Below are positions 1 through 16,600 of a DNA stretch of 64,000 nucleotides, in pieces. Location of the stretch: NCBI RefSeq assembly GCF_022539665.2, contig NC_081333.1, forward strand, positions 5,704,001 to 5,768,000, written 5' to 3'. Origin of the DNA: Daphnia carinata (lineage: Eukaryota). Each line of letters starts with the position of its first letter. Within the stretch, counting starts at the first letter, position 1. The notes under the pieces are model-generated. The model worked only from the letters and a program-made list of their open reading frames with translations. It had not been told where the DNA came from and ran no database searches. The position numbers and the translations under genes were made by a program.

Positions 1-1607
1 CGCGTTCTAAAAAATTGGCTTAAAGAAATCGGTTACCCTGGTCAGTTAACAGCTGAGAATACCGTGCTCTTTCGCCTGGAAGATATTGAAAAAGTTGAGC
101 GCAGTTGGTTTAGTGTGGCGGAATTTGTTGAATGCCCGCTTCAATGAGGCACCTGTTGACAAAAAACCACTGAAAGCTTTCAATAAAACTTGACTTGTTT
201 GAATGTTTAATACCTGTGCGTTTGGCATATCTTTTGATCGGACAACAATCCATCCTTGCGTATTACTTCACTTTCAAAGTTGCAAATGAAGTGGGCCTGA
301 GAAATGTGCAAAATGCAACTCAAGTAATACTTCACCTGTAATTAGAAAATTTGTGTGATTCAGATGAAGCCACACTATCTTTTTGTGAACGTAAACAGTA
401 GTGTATTGCTTACCATACCATACCAACACCTGTTGAAGGAGAACTGAAGTGGAAGTGCAGAGCTCGTTCACCTGAAATGGGTTGACAAAGTTCAACACTG
501 TTCGTTGAGGACAGTGGTTCCTTTTGAATGCTTATCTGTGCAGGTTTGAGGTACCTGTTGAAAAATAAATGTTGAATACCTTAAGCCAAACATGTCTTGT
601 TAAACTTTATGTAAAAGATTACTATCGTGCACCAGTAGTGCTGTACACCTATAAGGTGGCATTGCCTTTTGTTGATCAAATGTGAGCGAAAAAAAATTGT
701 AATCTTCAGGTGATGCCACTGCCGTTCTGGAATGTACGCAACAGTCAATTAGTCAACACAAACATTGACCCATCTAAAAATTAAACTGAATTAGAAATGC
801 CAAGCCCGTTCAACTGGACAATGTTGAAAAAGTTGAACAACGTTAACTTGAGGGTAATGGAACTTGTTGCAAGCTAATATCTGCAAATAAGTTATACAAA
901 TTTGAATGTAGGATGTTACCTGTTTAAATGAGCAGGGAAAAAAACATTTTCTAGTACAACACATCCAATGGCTGACTTTTGGGAGAGCTAAGAGACATCA
1001 AAAGAAACCACTGGCAACTGAATTATCACCTGTTTGAATGAAAATTATATTGAAACAAACAGAAATGTTGAATTTTGGAAAAAATTGTGGTATAAGAAAT
1101 CGCTTACCATAGTTAAAATATGACAGCAGGACGTTTTTGTCTACGTCGTTTGGTAACTGAATTTCGTCTGACGTCAATGTGTCAATGATGGTGAAAACGG
1201 ATTGCTAAAATGCGGAATGTGGTGATTGGAAATGACTAAAAAAAGGGAAAACATAAAACGGGAAAAAGCTAGCTTAGCCGTAGGCAGGTCGAACTTTTTC
1301 AGGTAGTCGAACCTTTTTCCAGGTAGAAAAAAAACACGTGATGTCAATACGACCAATGATAAAACGGATGGCAAAAGAGAAGGAAAAGGTTAAGCTTTGC
1401 CAAAGGCAGTTTAAACCTTTTTTCAGGTAGTCGAACCTTTTTTCAGGTAGTTGAACCTTTTTCCAGGTAGAAAAAAAGCACGTGACTGCACACGAACCAA
1501 TCACTGCGTGCGCAAGCCGTTAGGTTTTTCGGACAAACACACAGACAGATACACAAACAAACTCCACCCACAAATAGACCTTTGGCTTAAATAAAGAGAG
1601 TAGAAGA
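1..1607 (-). mobile_element. Probable Helitron (rolling-circle transposon) 5' portion; continues beyond the left window edge
   Basis: The minus strand reads A|TCTTCTACTCTCTTTATTTAAG..., followed by a (GTTT/GTCT)-like microsatellite at ~1535-1561. This matches the 5'-TC terminus and microsatellite layout of arthropod Helitrons. The junction falls at an A|T dinucleotide of the satellite (cacta|tattcac). No Rep/Hel ORF or 3' CTRR end is visible in the window. Confidence 0.55.
1285..1485. repeat. Imperfect ~20-bp tandem repeats (caggtagtcgaacctttttt) within a ~140-bp duplicated unit
   Basis: Copies of caggtagtcgaacc-T-run lie at ~1285-1330 and ~1412-1470. Each block ends in aggtagaaaaaaa(a/g)cacgtga. 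Confidence 0.8.
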
Positions 1608-4600
1608 TATTCACATTGAATACACGTATATTTGATGCTGTTTGAATGTAGATATTGAAACTCACTGTATCACACTATATTCACATTGAATACACGTATA
1701 TTTAATACTGTTTGAATGTACATCATGAAACTGATTCTATAACACTATATTCACATTGAATACACGTATATTTGATGCTGTTTGAATGTAGATATTGAAA
1801 CTCACTGTATCACACTATATTCACATTGAATACACGTATATTTGATGCTGTTTGAATGTAGATATTGAAACTCACTGTATCACACTATATTCACATTGAA
1901 TACACGTATATTTGATACTGTTTGAATGTAGATCATGAAACTAATTCTATAACACTATATTCACATTGAATACACGTATATTTGATGCTGTTTGAATGTA
2001 GATCATGAAACTGATTCTATAACACTATATTCACATTGAATACACGTATATTTGATGCTGTTTGAATGTAGATATTGAAACTCATTCTGTATCAACTATA
2101 TTCACATTGAATACACGTATATTTGATACTGTTTGAATGTAGATCATGAAACTGATTCTATAACACTATATTCACATTGAATACACGTATATTTGATGCT
2201 GTTTGAATGTAGATATTGAAACTCACTGTATCACACTATATTCACATTGAATACACGTATATTTGATACTGTTTGAATGTAGATCATGAAACTGATTCTA
2301 TAACACTATATTCACATTGAATACACGTATATTTGATGCTGTTTGAATGTAGATATGAAACTGATTCTATAACACTATATTCACATTGAATACACGTATA
2401 TTTGATGCTGTTTGAATGTAGATATTGAAACTGATTGTATCACACTATATTCACATTGAATACACGTATATTTGATACTGTTTGAATGTAGATCATGAAA
2501 CTGATTCTATAACACTATATTCACATTGAATACACGTATATTTGATGCTGTTTGAATGTAGATATTGAAACTCACTGTATCACACTATATTCACATTGAA
2601 TACACGTATATTTGATGCTGTTTGAATGTAGATATTGAAACTCACTGTATCACACTATATTCACATTGAATACACGTATATTTGATACTGTTTGAATGTA
2701 GATCATGAAACTGATTCTATAACACTATATTCACATTGAATACACGTATATTTGATGCTGTTTGAATGTAGATATTGAAACTCATTGTATCACACTATAT
2801 TCACATTGAATACACGTATATTTGATACTGTTTGAATGTAGATCATGAAACTGATTCTATAACACTATATTCACATTGAATACACGTATATTTGATGCTG
2901 TTTGAATGTAGATATTGAAACTCACTGTATCACACTATATTCACATTGAATACACGTATATTTGATGCTGTTTGAATGTAGATATTGAAACTGATTCTAT
3001 AACACTATATTCACATTGAATACACGTATATTTGATGCTGTTTGAATGTAGATATTGAAACTGATTCTATAACACTATATTCACATTGAATACACGTATA
3101 TTTGATGCTGTTTGAATGTAGATCATGAAACTGATTCTATAACACTATATTCACATTGAATACACGTATATTTGATGCTGTTTGAATGTAGATATGAAAC
3201 TGATTCTATAACACTATATTCACATTGAATACACGTATATTTGATACTGTTTGAATGTAGATCATGAAACTGATTCTATAACACTATATTCACATTGAAT
3301 ACACGTATATTTGATGCTGTTTGAATGTAGATATTGAAACTGATTCTATCACACTATATTCACATTGAATACACGTATATTTGATGCTGTTTGAATGTAG
3401 ATATTGAAACTGATTGTATAACACTATATTCACATTGAATACACGTATATTTGATGCTGTTTGAATGTAGATATGAAACTGATTCTATAACACTATATTC
3501 ACATTGAATACACGTATATTTGATGCTGTTTGAATGTAGATATTGAAACTCATTGTATCACACTATATTCACATTGAATACACGTATATTTGATGCTGTT
3601 TGAATGTAGATATTGAAACTGATTCTATAACACTATATTCACATTGAATACACGTATATTTGATGCTGTTTGAATGTAGATATGAAACTGATTCTATAAC
3701 ACTATATTCACATTGAATACACGTATATTTGATGCTGTTTGAATGTAGATATTGAAACTGATTCTATAACACTATATTCACATTGAATACACGTATATTT
3801 GATGCTGTTTGAATGTAGATATTGAAACTGATTCTATAACACTATATTCACATTGAATACACGTATATTTGATGCTGTTTGAATGTAGATATTGAAACTC
3901 ATTCTATCACACTATATTCACATTGAATACACGTATATTTGATGCTGTTTGAATGTAGATATTGAAACTGATTCTATAACACTATATTCACATTGAATAC
4001 ACGTATATTTGATGCTGTTTGAATGTAGATATTGAAACTCACTGTATCACACTATATTCACATTGAATACACGTATATTTGATGCTGTTTGAATGTAGAT
4101 ATGAAACTGATTCTATAACACTATATTCACATTGAATACACGTATATTTGATGCTGTTTGAATGTAGATATTGAAACTGATTCTATAACACTATATTCAC
4201 ATTGAATACACGTATATTTGATGCTGTTTGAATGTAGATATTGAAACTGATTCTATAACACTATATTCACATTGAATTGAATACGTATATTTGATGCTGT
4301 TTGAATGTAGATATTGAAACTGATTCTATAACACTATATTCACATTGAATACACGTATATTTGATGCTGTTTGAATGTAGATATTGAAACTGATTCTATA
4401 ACACTATATTCACATTGAATACACGTATATTTGATGCTGTTTGAATGTAGATATTGAAACTGATTCTATAACACTATATTCACATTGAATACACGTATAT
4501 TTGATGCTGTTTGAATGTAGATATTGAAACTCATTCTATCACACTATATTCACATTGAATACACGTATATTTGATGCTGTTTGAATGTAGATATGAAACT

Positions 4601-7600
4601 GATTCTATAACACTATATTCACATTGAATACACGTATATTTGATGCTGTTTGAATGTAGATATTGAAACTCACTGTATCACACTATATTCACATTGAATA
4701 CACGTATATTTGATGCTGTTTGAATGTAGATATGAAACTGATTCTATAACACTATATTCACATTGAATACACGTATATTTGATGCTGTTTGAATGTAGAT
4801 ATTGAAACTCACTGTATCACACTATATTCACATTGAATACACGTATATTTGATGCTGTTTGAATGTAGATATTGAAACTGATTCTATAACACTATATTCA
4901 CATTGAATACACGTATATTTGATGCTGTTTGAATGTAGATATTGAAACTGATTCTATAACACTATATTCACATTGAATACACGTATATTTGATGCTGTTT
5001 GAATGTAGATATTGAAACTGATTCTATAACACTATATTCACATTGAATACACGTATATTTGATGCTGTTTGAATGTAGATATTGAAACTGATTCTATAAC
5101 ACTATATTCACATTGAATACACGTATATTTGATGCTGTTTGAATGTAGATATTGAAACTGATTCTATAACACTATATTCACATTGAATACACGTATATTT
5201 GATGCTGTTTGAATGTAGATATTGAAACTGATTCTATAACACTATATTCACATTGAATACACGTATATTTGATGCTGTTTGAATGTAGATATTGAAACTG
5301 ATTCTATAACACTATATTCACATTGAATACACGTATATTTGATGCTGTTTGAATGTAGATATTGAAACTGATTCTATAACACTATATTCACATTGAATAC
5401 ACGTATATTTGATGCTGTTTGAATGTAGATATTGAAACTGATTCTATAACACTATATTCACATTGAATACACGTATATTTGATGCTGTTTGAATGTAGAT
5501 ATTGAAACTGATTCTATAACACTATATTCACATTGAATACACGTATATTTGATGCTGTTTGAATGTAGATATTGAAACTGATTCTATAACACTATATTCA
5601 CATTGAATACACGTATATTTGATGCTGTTTGAATGTAGATATTGAAACTCATTGTATAACACTATATTCACATTGAATACACGTATATTTGATGCTGTTT
5701 GAATGTAGATATTGAAACTCACTGTATCACACTATATTCACATTGAATACACGTATATTTGATGCTGTTTGAATGTAGATATTGAAACTGATTCTATAAC
5801 ACTATATTCACATTGAATACACGTATATTTGATGCTGTTTGAATGTAGATATTGAAACTGATTCTATAACACTATATTCACATTGAATACACGTATATTT
5901 GATGCTGTTTGAATGTAGATATTGAAACTGATTATAACACTATATTCACATTGAATACACGTATATTTGATGCTGTTTGAATGTAGATATTGAAACTGAT
6001 TCTATAACACTATATTCACATTGAATACACGTATATTTGATGCTGTTTGAATGTAGATATTGAAACTGATTCTATAACACTATATTCACACATTGAATAC
6101 ACGTATATTTGATGCTGTTTGAATGTAGATATTGAAACTGATTCTATAACACTATATTCACATTGAATACACGTATATTTGATGCTGTTTGAATGTAGAT
6201 ATTGAAACTGATTCTATAACACTATATTCACATTGAATACACGTATATTTGATGCTGTTTGAATGTAGATATTGAAACTCACTGTATCACACTATATTCA
6301 CATTGAATACACGTATATTTGATGCTGTTTGAATGTAGATATGAAACTGATTCTATAACACTATATTCACATTGAATACACGTATATTTGATGCTGTTTG
6401 AATGTAGATATTGAAACTGATTCTATAACACTATATTCACATTGAATACACGTATATTTGATGCTGTTTGAATGTAGATATTGAAACTGATTCTATAACA
6501 CTATATTCACATTGAATACACGTATATTTGATGCTGTTTGAATGTAGATATTGAAACTGATGTATCACACTATATTCACATTGAATACACGTATATTTGA
6601 TGCTGTTTGAATGTAGATATTGAAACTGATTCTATAACACTATATTCACATTGAATACACGTATATTTGATGCTGTTTGAATGTAGATATTGAAACTGAT
6701 TCTATAACACTATATTCACATTGAATACACGTATATTTGATACTGTTTGAATGTAGATCATGAAACTGACTATATTCACATTGAATACACGTATATTTGA
6801 TGCTGTTTGAATGTAGATATTGAAACTCATTGTATCATACTATATTCACATTGAATACACGTATATTTGATGCTGTTTGAATGTAGATATTGAAACTGAT
6901 TCTATAACACTATATTCACATTGAATACACGTATATTTGATGCTGTTTGAATGTAGATATTGAAACTGATTCTATAACACTATATTCACATTGAATACAC
7001 GTATATTTGATGCTGTTTGAATGTAGATATTGAAACTGATTCTATAACACTATATTCACATTGAATACACGTATATTTGATGCTGTTTGAATGTAGATAT
7101 TGAAACTGATTCTATAACACTATATTCACATTGAATACACGTATATTTGATGCTGTTTGAATGTAGATATTGAAACTGATTCTATAACACTATATTCACA
7201 TTGAATACACGTATATTTGATGCTGTTTGAATGTAGATATTGAAACTGATTCTATAACACTATATTCACATTGAATACACGTATATTTGATGCTGTTTGA
7301 ATGTAGATATGAAACTGATTCTATAACACTATATTCACATTGAATACACGTATATTTGATGCTGTTTGAATGTAGATATTGAAACTCACTGTATCATACT
7401 ATATTCACATTGAATACACGTATATTTGATGCTGTTTGAATGTAGATATTGAAACTGATTCTATAACACTATATTCACATTGAATACACGTATATTTGAT
7501 GCTGTTTGAATGTAGATATTGAAACTGATTCTATAACACTATATTCACATTGAATACACGTATATTTGATGCTGTTTGAATGTAGATATTGAAACTGATT

Positions 7601-10600
7601 CTATAACACTATATTCACATTGAATACACGTATATTTGATGCTGTTTGAATGTAGATATTGAAACTGATTCTATAACACTATATTCACATTGAATACACG
7701 TATATTTGATGCTGTTTGAATGTAGATATTGAAACTGATTGTATCACACTATATTCACATTGAATACACGTATATTTGATGCTGTTTGAATGTAGATATT
7801 GAAACTGATTCTATAACACTATATTCACATTGAATACACGTATATTTGATGCTGTTTGAATGTAGATATGAAACTGATTCTATAACACTATATTCACATT
7901 GAATACACGTATATTTGATGCTGTTTGAATGTAGATATTGAAACTGATTCTATAACACTATATTCACATTGAATACACGTATATTTGATGCTGTTTGAAT
8001 GTAGATATTGAAACTGATTCTATAACACTATATTCACATTGAATACACGTATATTTGATGCTGTTTGAATGTAGATATTGAAACTGATTCTATCACACTA
8101 TATTCACATTGAATACACGTATATTTGATGCTGTTTGAATGTAGATATTGAAACTGATTCTATAACACTATATTCACATTGAATACACGTATATTTGATG
8201 CTGTTTGAATGTAGATATTGAAACTGATTCTATAACACTATATTCACATTGAATACACGTATATTTGATGCTGTTTGAATGTAGATATTGAAACTGATTC
8301 TATAACACTATATTCACATTGAATACACGTATATTTGATGCTGTTTGAATGTAGATATTGAAACTGATTCTATAACACTATATTCACATTGAATACACGT
8401 ATATTTGATGCTGTTTGAATGTAGATATTGAAACTCACTGTATCACACTATATTCACATTGAATACACGTATATTTGATGCTGTTTGAATGTAGATATTG
8501 AAACTGATTCTATAACACTATATTCACATTGAATACACGTATATTTGATGCTGTTTGAATGTAGATATTGAAACTCATTCTATCACACTATATTCACATT
8601 GAATACACGTATATTTGATGCTGTTTGAATGTAGATATTGAAACTGATTCTATAACACTATATTCACATTGAATACACGTATATTTGATGCTGTTTGAAT
8701 GTAGATATTGAAACTGATTCTATAACACTATATTCACATTGAATACACGTATATTTGATGCTGTTTGAATGTAGATATTGAAACTGATTCTATAACACTA
8801 TATTCACATTGAATACACGTATATTTGATGCTGTTTGAATGTAGATATGAAACTGATTCTATAACACTATATTCACATTGAATACACGTATATTTGATGC
8901 TGTTTGAATGTAGATATTGAAACTGATTCTATAACACTATATTCACATTGAATACACGTATATTTGATGCTGTTTGAATGTAGATATTGAAACTGATTCT
9001 ATAACACTATATTCACATTGAATACACGTATATTTGATGCTGTTTGAATGTAGATATTGAAACTGATTCTATAACACTATATTCACATTGAATACACGTA
9101 TATTTGATGCTGTTTGAATGTAGATATTGAAACTCACTGTATCACACTATATTCACATTGAATACACGTATATTTGATGCTGTTTGAATGTAGATATTGA
9201 AACTGATTCTATAACACTATATTCACATTGAATACACGTATATTTGATGCTGTTTGAATGTAGATATTGAAACTGATTCTATAACACTATATTCACATTG
9301 AATACACGTATATTTGATGCTGTTTGAATGTAGATATTGAAACTGATTCTATAACACTATATTCACATTGAATACACGTATATTTGATGCTGTTTGAATG
9401 TAGATATTGAAACTCATTGTATCAACTATATTCACATTGAATACACGTATATTTGATGCTGTTTGAATGTAGATATTGAAACTGATTCTATAACACTATA
9501 TTCACATTGAATACACGTATATTTGATGCTGTTTGAATGTAGATATTGAAACTGATTCTATAACACTATATTCACATTGAATACACGTATATTTGATGCT
9601 GTTTGAATGTAGATATGAAACTGATTCTATAACACTATATTCACATTGAATACACGTATATTTGATGCTGTTTGAATGTAGATATTGAAACTCACTGTAT
9701 CACACTATATTCACATTGAATACACGTATATTTGATGCTGTTTGAATGTAGATATGAAACTGATTCTATAACACTATATTCACATTGAATACACGTATAT
9801 TTGATGCTGTTTGAATGTAGATATTGAAACTGATTCTATAACACTATATTCACATTGAATACACGTATATTTGATGCTGTTTGAATGTAGATATTGAAAC
9901 TGATTCTATAACACTATATTCACATTGAATACACGTATATTTGATGCTGTTTGAATGTAGATATTGAAACTGATTCTATAACACTATATTCACATTGAAT
10001 ACACGTATATTTGATGCTGTTTGAATGTAGATATTGAAACTCATTGTATAACACTATATTCACATTCAATACACGTATATTTGATGCTGTTTGAATGTAG
10101 ATATTGAAACTGATTGTATAACACTATATTCACATTGAATACACGTATATTTGATGCTGTTTGAATGTAGATATTGAAACTGATTCTATAACACTATATT
10201 CACATTGAATACACGTATATTTGATGCTGTTTGAATGTAGATATTGAAACTGATTCTATAACACTATATTCACATTGAATACACGTATATTTGATGCTGT
10301 TTGAATGTAGATATTGAAACTGATTCTATAACACTATATTCACATTGAATACACGTATATTTGATGCTGTTTGAATGTAGATATTGAAACTCACTGTATA
10401 ACACTATATTCACATTGAATACACGTATATTTGATACTGTTTGAATGTAGATCATGAAACTGATTCTATAACACTATATTCACATTGAATACACGTATAT
10501 TTGATGCTGTTTGAATGTAGATATTGAAACTCACTGTATCAACACTATATTCACATTGAATACACGTATATTTGATGCTGTTTGAATGTAGATCATGAAA

Positions 10601-13600
10601 CTGATTCTATAACACTATATTCACATTGAATACACGTATATTTGATGCTGTTTGAATGTAGATATGAAACTGATTCTATAACACTATATTCACATTGAAT
10701 ACACGTATATTTGATGCTGTTTGAATGTAGATATTGAAACTGATTCTATAACACTATATCATTGAATACACGTATATTTGATGCTGTTTGAATGTAGATA
10801 TTGAAACTCATTCTATCACACTATATTCACATTGAATACACGTATATTTGATGCTGTTTGAATGTAGATATTGAATATTCACATTGAATACACGTATATT
10901 TGATGCTGTTTGAATGTAGATATTGAAACTACCTGTATCACACTATATTCACATTGAATACACGTATATTTGATACTGTTTGAATGTAGATCATGAAACT
11001 GATTCTATAACACTATATTCACATTGAATACACGTATATTTGATGCTGTTTGAATGTAGATATTGAAACTGATTCTATAACACTATATTCACATTGAATA
11101 CACGTATATTTGATGCTGTTTGAATGTAGATATTGAAACTGATTCTATAACACTATATTCACATTGAATACACGTATATTTGATACTGTTTGAATGTAGA
11201 TCATGAAACTGATTCTATAACACTATATTCACATTGAATACACGTATATTTGATGCTGTTTGAATGTAGATATTGAAACTCATTCTATCACACTATATTC
11301 ACATTGAATACACGTAAATTTGATCCTGTTTGAATGTAGATCATGAAACTGATTCTATAACACTATATTCACATTGAATACACGTATATTTGATGCTGTT
11401 TGAATGTAGATATGAAACTGATTCTATAACACTATATTCACATTGAATACACGTATATTTGATGCTGTTTGAATGTAGATATTGAAACTCACTGTATAAC
11501 ACTATATTCACATTGAATACACGTATATTTGATGCTGTTTGGATGTAGATATTGAAACTGATTCTATCACACTATATTCACATTGAATACACGTATATTT
11601 GATGCTGTTTGAATGTAGATATTGAAACTGATTCTATAACACTATATTCACATTGAATACACGTATATTTGATGCTGTTTGAATGTAGATATTGAAACTG
11701 ATTCTATAACACTATATTCACATTGAATACACGTATATTTGATGCTGTTTGAATGTAGATATTGAAACTGATTGTATAACACTATATTCACATTGAATAC
11801 ACGTATATTTGATACTGTTTGAATGTAGATATTGAAACTGATTCTATAACACTATATTCACATTGAATACACGTATATTTGATGCTGTTTGAATGTAGAT
11901 ATTGAAACTCATTGTATAACACTATATTCACATTGAATACACGTATATTTGATGCTGTTTGAATGTAGATATTGAAACTCACTGATTCTATATTGTTATT
12001 GAATACACGTATATTTGATACTGTTTGAATGTAGATATTGAAACTCACTGTATACACTATATTCACATTGAATACACGTATATTTGATGCTGTTTGGATG
12101 TAGATATTGAAACTGATTCTATCACACTATATTCACATTGAATACACGTATATTTGATGCTGTTTGAATGTAGATATTGAAACTGATTCTATAACACTAT
12201 ATTCACATTGAATACACGTATATTTGATGCTGTTTGAATGTAGATATGAAACTGATTCTATAACACTATATTCACATTGAATACACGTATATTTGATGCT
12301 GTTTGAATGTAGATATGAAACTGATTCTATAACACTATATTCACATTGAATACACGTATATTTGATGCTGTTTGAATGTAGATATTGAAACTCACTGTAT
12401 CTATACACTATATTCACATTGAATACACGTATATTTGATGCTGTTTGGATGTAGATATTGAAACTGATTCTATCACACTATATTCACATTGAATACACGT
12501 ATATTTGATGCTGTTTGAATGTAGATATTGAAACTCACTTCTATCACACTATATTCACATTGAATACACGTATATTTGATGCTGTTTGAATGTAGATATT
12601 GAAACTCACTGTATCACACTATATTCACATTGAATACACGTATATTTGATACTGTTTGAATGTAGATATTGAAACTGATTCTATAACACTATATTCACAT
12701 TGAATACACGTATATTTGATGCTGTTTGAATGTAGATATTGAAACTGATTCTATAACACTATATTCACATTGAATACACGTATATTTGATACTGTTTGAA
12801 TGTAGATCATGAAACTGATTCTATAACACTATATTCACATTGAATACACGTATATTTGATGCTGTTTGAATGTAGATATTGAAACTCACTGTATCATACT
12901 ATATTCACATTGAATACACGTATATTTGATGCTGTTTGAATGTAGATATTGAAACACACTGTATCACTATATTAATGTAGATATTGAAACTGATTCTATA
13001 ACACTATATTCACATTGAATACACGTATATTTGATGCTGTTTGAATGTAGATCATGAAACTGATTCTATAACACTATATTCACATTGAATACACGTATAT
13101 TTGATGCTGTTTGAATGTAGATATTGAAACTCACTGTATCACACTATATTCACATTGAATACACGTATATTTGATACTGTTTGAATGTAGATCATGAAAC
13201 TGATTCTATAACACTATATTCACATTGAATACACGTATATTTGATGCTGTTTGAATGTAGATATTGAAACTCACCGTGTCATACTATATTCACATTGAAT
13301 ACACGTATATTTGATACTGTTTGAATGTAGATCATGAAACTGATTCTATAACACTATATTCACATTGAATACACGTATATTTGATGCTGTTTGAATGTAG
13401 ATATTGAAACTCACTGTATCAACACTATATTCACATTGAATACACGTATATTTGATGCTGTTTGAATGTAGATATGAAACTGATTCTATAACACTATATT
13501 CACATTGAATACACGTATATTTGATACTGTTTGAATGTAGATCATGAAACTGATTCTATAACACTATATTCACATTGAATACACGTATATTTGATGCTGT

Positions 13601-16600
13601 TTGAATGTAGATATTGAAACTCACTGTATCAACACTATATTCACATTGAATACACGTATATTTGATACTGTTTGAATGTAGATCATGAAACTGATTCTAT
13701 AACACTATATTCACATTGAATACACGTATATTTGATGCTGTTTGAATGTAGATATTGAAACTCATTCTATACACACTATATTCACATTGAATACACGTAT
13801 ATTTGATGCTGTTTGAATGTAGATATTGAAACTGACTGTATCACACTATATTCACATTGAATACACGTATATTTGATACTGTTTGAATGTAGATCATGAA
13901 ACTGATTCTATAACACTATATTCACATTGAATACACGTATATTTGATACTGTTTGAATGTAGATCATGAAACTGATTCTATAACACTATATTCACATTGA
14001 ATACACGTATATTTGATGCTGTTTGAATGTAGATATTGAAACTCACTGTATCACACTATATTCACATTGAATACACGTATATTTGATACTGTTTGAATGT
14101 AGATCATGAAACTGATTCTATAACACTATATTCACATTGAATACACGTATATTTGATACTGTTTGAATGTAGATCATGAAACTGATTCTATAACACTATA
14201 TTCACATTGAATACACGTATATTTGATGCTGTTTGAATGTAGATATTGAAACTCACTGTATCACACTATATTCACATTGAATACACGTATATTTGATGCT
14301 GTTTGAATGTAGATATTGAAACTCACTGTATCACACTATATTCACATTGAATACACGTATATTTGATGCTGTTTGAATGTAGATATTGAAACTCACTGTA
14401 TCACACTATATTCACATTGAATACACGTATATTTGATACTGTTTGAATGTAGATCATGAAACTGATTCTATAACACTATATTCACATTGAATACACGTAT
14501 ATTTGATGCTGTTTGAATGTAGATATTGAAACTCACTGTATCACACTATATTCACATTGAATACACGTATATTTGATACTGTTTGAATGTAGATCATGAA
14601 ACTGATTCTATAACACTATATTCACATTGAATACACGTATATTTGATGCTGTTTGAATGTAGATCATGAAACTGATTCTATAACACTATATTCACATTGA
14701 ATACACGTATATTTGATACTGTTTGAATGTAGATCATGAAACTGATTCTATAACACTATATTCACATTGAATACACGTATATTTGATGCTGTTTGAATGT
14801 AGATATTGAAACTCATTGTATCACACTATATTCACATTGAATACACGTATATTTGATGCTGTTTGAATGTAGATATTGAAACTCACTGTATCACACTATA
14901 TTCACATTGAATACACGTATATTTGATACTGTTTGAATGTAGATCATGAAACTGATTCTATAACACTATATTCACATTGAATACACGTATATTTGATGCT
15001 GTTTGAATGTAGATATTGAAACTCACTGTATCACACTATATTCACATTGAATACACGTATATTTGATGCTGTTTGAATGTAGATATTGAAACTCACTGTA
15101 TCACACTATATTCACATTGAATACACGTATATTTGATGCTGTTTGAATGTAGATATTGAAACTCACTGTATCACACTATATTCACATTGAATACACGTAT
15201 ATTTGATGCTGTTTGAATGTAGATCATTGAAACTGATTCTATAACACTATATTCACATTGAATACACGTATATTTGATGCTGTTTGAATGTAGATATTGA
15301 AACTCACTGTATCACACTATATTCACATTGAATACACGTATATTTGATGCTGTTTGAATGTAGATCATTGAAACTGATTCTATAACACTATATTCACATT
15401 GAATACACGTATATTTGATGCTGTTTGAATGTAGATCATGAAACTGATTCTATAACACTATATTCACATTGAATACACGTATATTTGATGCTGTTTGAAT
15501 GTAGATATTGAAACTCACTGTATCACACTATATTCACATTGAATACACGTATATTTGATACTGTTTGAATGTAGATCATGAAACTGATTCTATAACACTA
15601 TATTCACATTGAATACACGTATATTTGATGCTGTTTGAATGTAGATATTGAAACTCACTGTATCACACTATATTCACATTGAATACACGTATATTTGATA
15701 CTGTTTGAATGTAGATCATGAAACTGATTCTATAACACTATATTCACATTGAATACACGTATATTTGATGCTGCCTTGAATGTAGATATTGAAACTCACT
15801 GTATCACACTATATTCACATTGAATACACGTATATTTGATGCTGTTTGAATGTAGATCATGAAACTGATTCTATAACACTATATTCACATTGAATACACG
15901 TATATTTGATGCTGTTTGAATGTAGATCATGAAACTGATTCTATAACACTATATTCACATTGAATACACGTATATTTGATGCTGTTTGAATGTAGATATT
16001 GAAACTCACTGTATCACACTATATTCACATTGAATACACGTATATAAGATGCTGTTTGAATGTAGATCATTGAAACTCACTGTATCATACTGTATTCAAA
16101 TTGAATACACGTATATTTGATACTGTTTGAATGTAGATCATGAAACTGATTCTATAACACTATATTCACATTGAATACACGTATATTTGATGCTGTTTGA
16201 ATGTAGATATTGAAACTCACTGTATCACACTATATTCACATTGAATACACGTATATTTGATGCTGTTTGAATGTAGATATTGAAACTCACTGTATCACAC
16301 TATATTCACATTGAATACACGTATATTTGATACTGTTTGAATGTAGATCATGAAACTGATTCTATAACACTATATTCACATTGAATACACGTATATTTGA
16401 TGCTGTTTGAATGTAGATATTGAAACTCACTGTATCACACTATATTCACATTGAATACACGTATATTTGATACTGTTTGAATGTAGATCATGAAACTGAT
16501 TCTATAACACTATATTCACATTGAATACACGTATATTTGATGCTGTTTGAATGTAGATCATGAAACTGATTCTATAACACTATATTCACATTGAATACAC

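Noticed and set aside
46..1110. Spliced minus-strand gene suggested by many cag|gt-like sites and ATG|gtaagc near 1110
   Set aside because: I could not assemble a consistent open reading frame by eye. Left unannotated.
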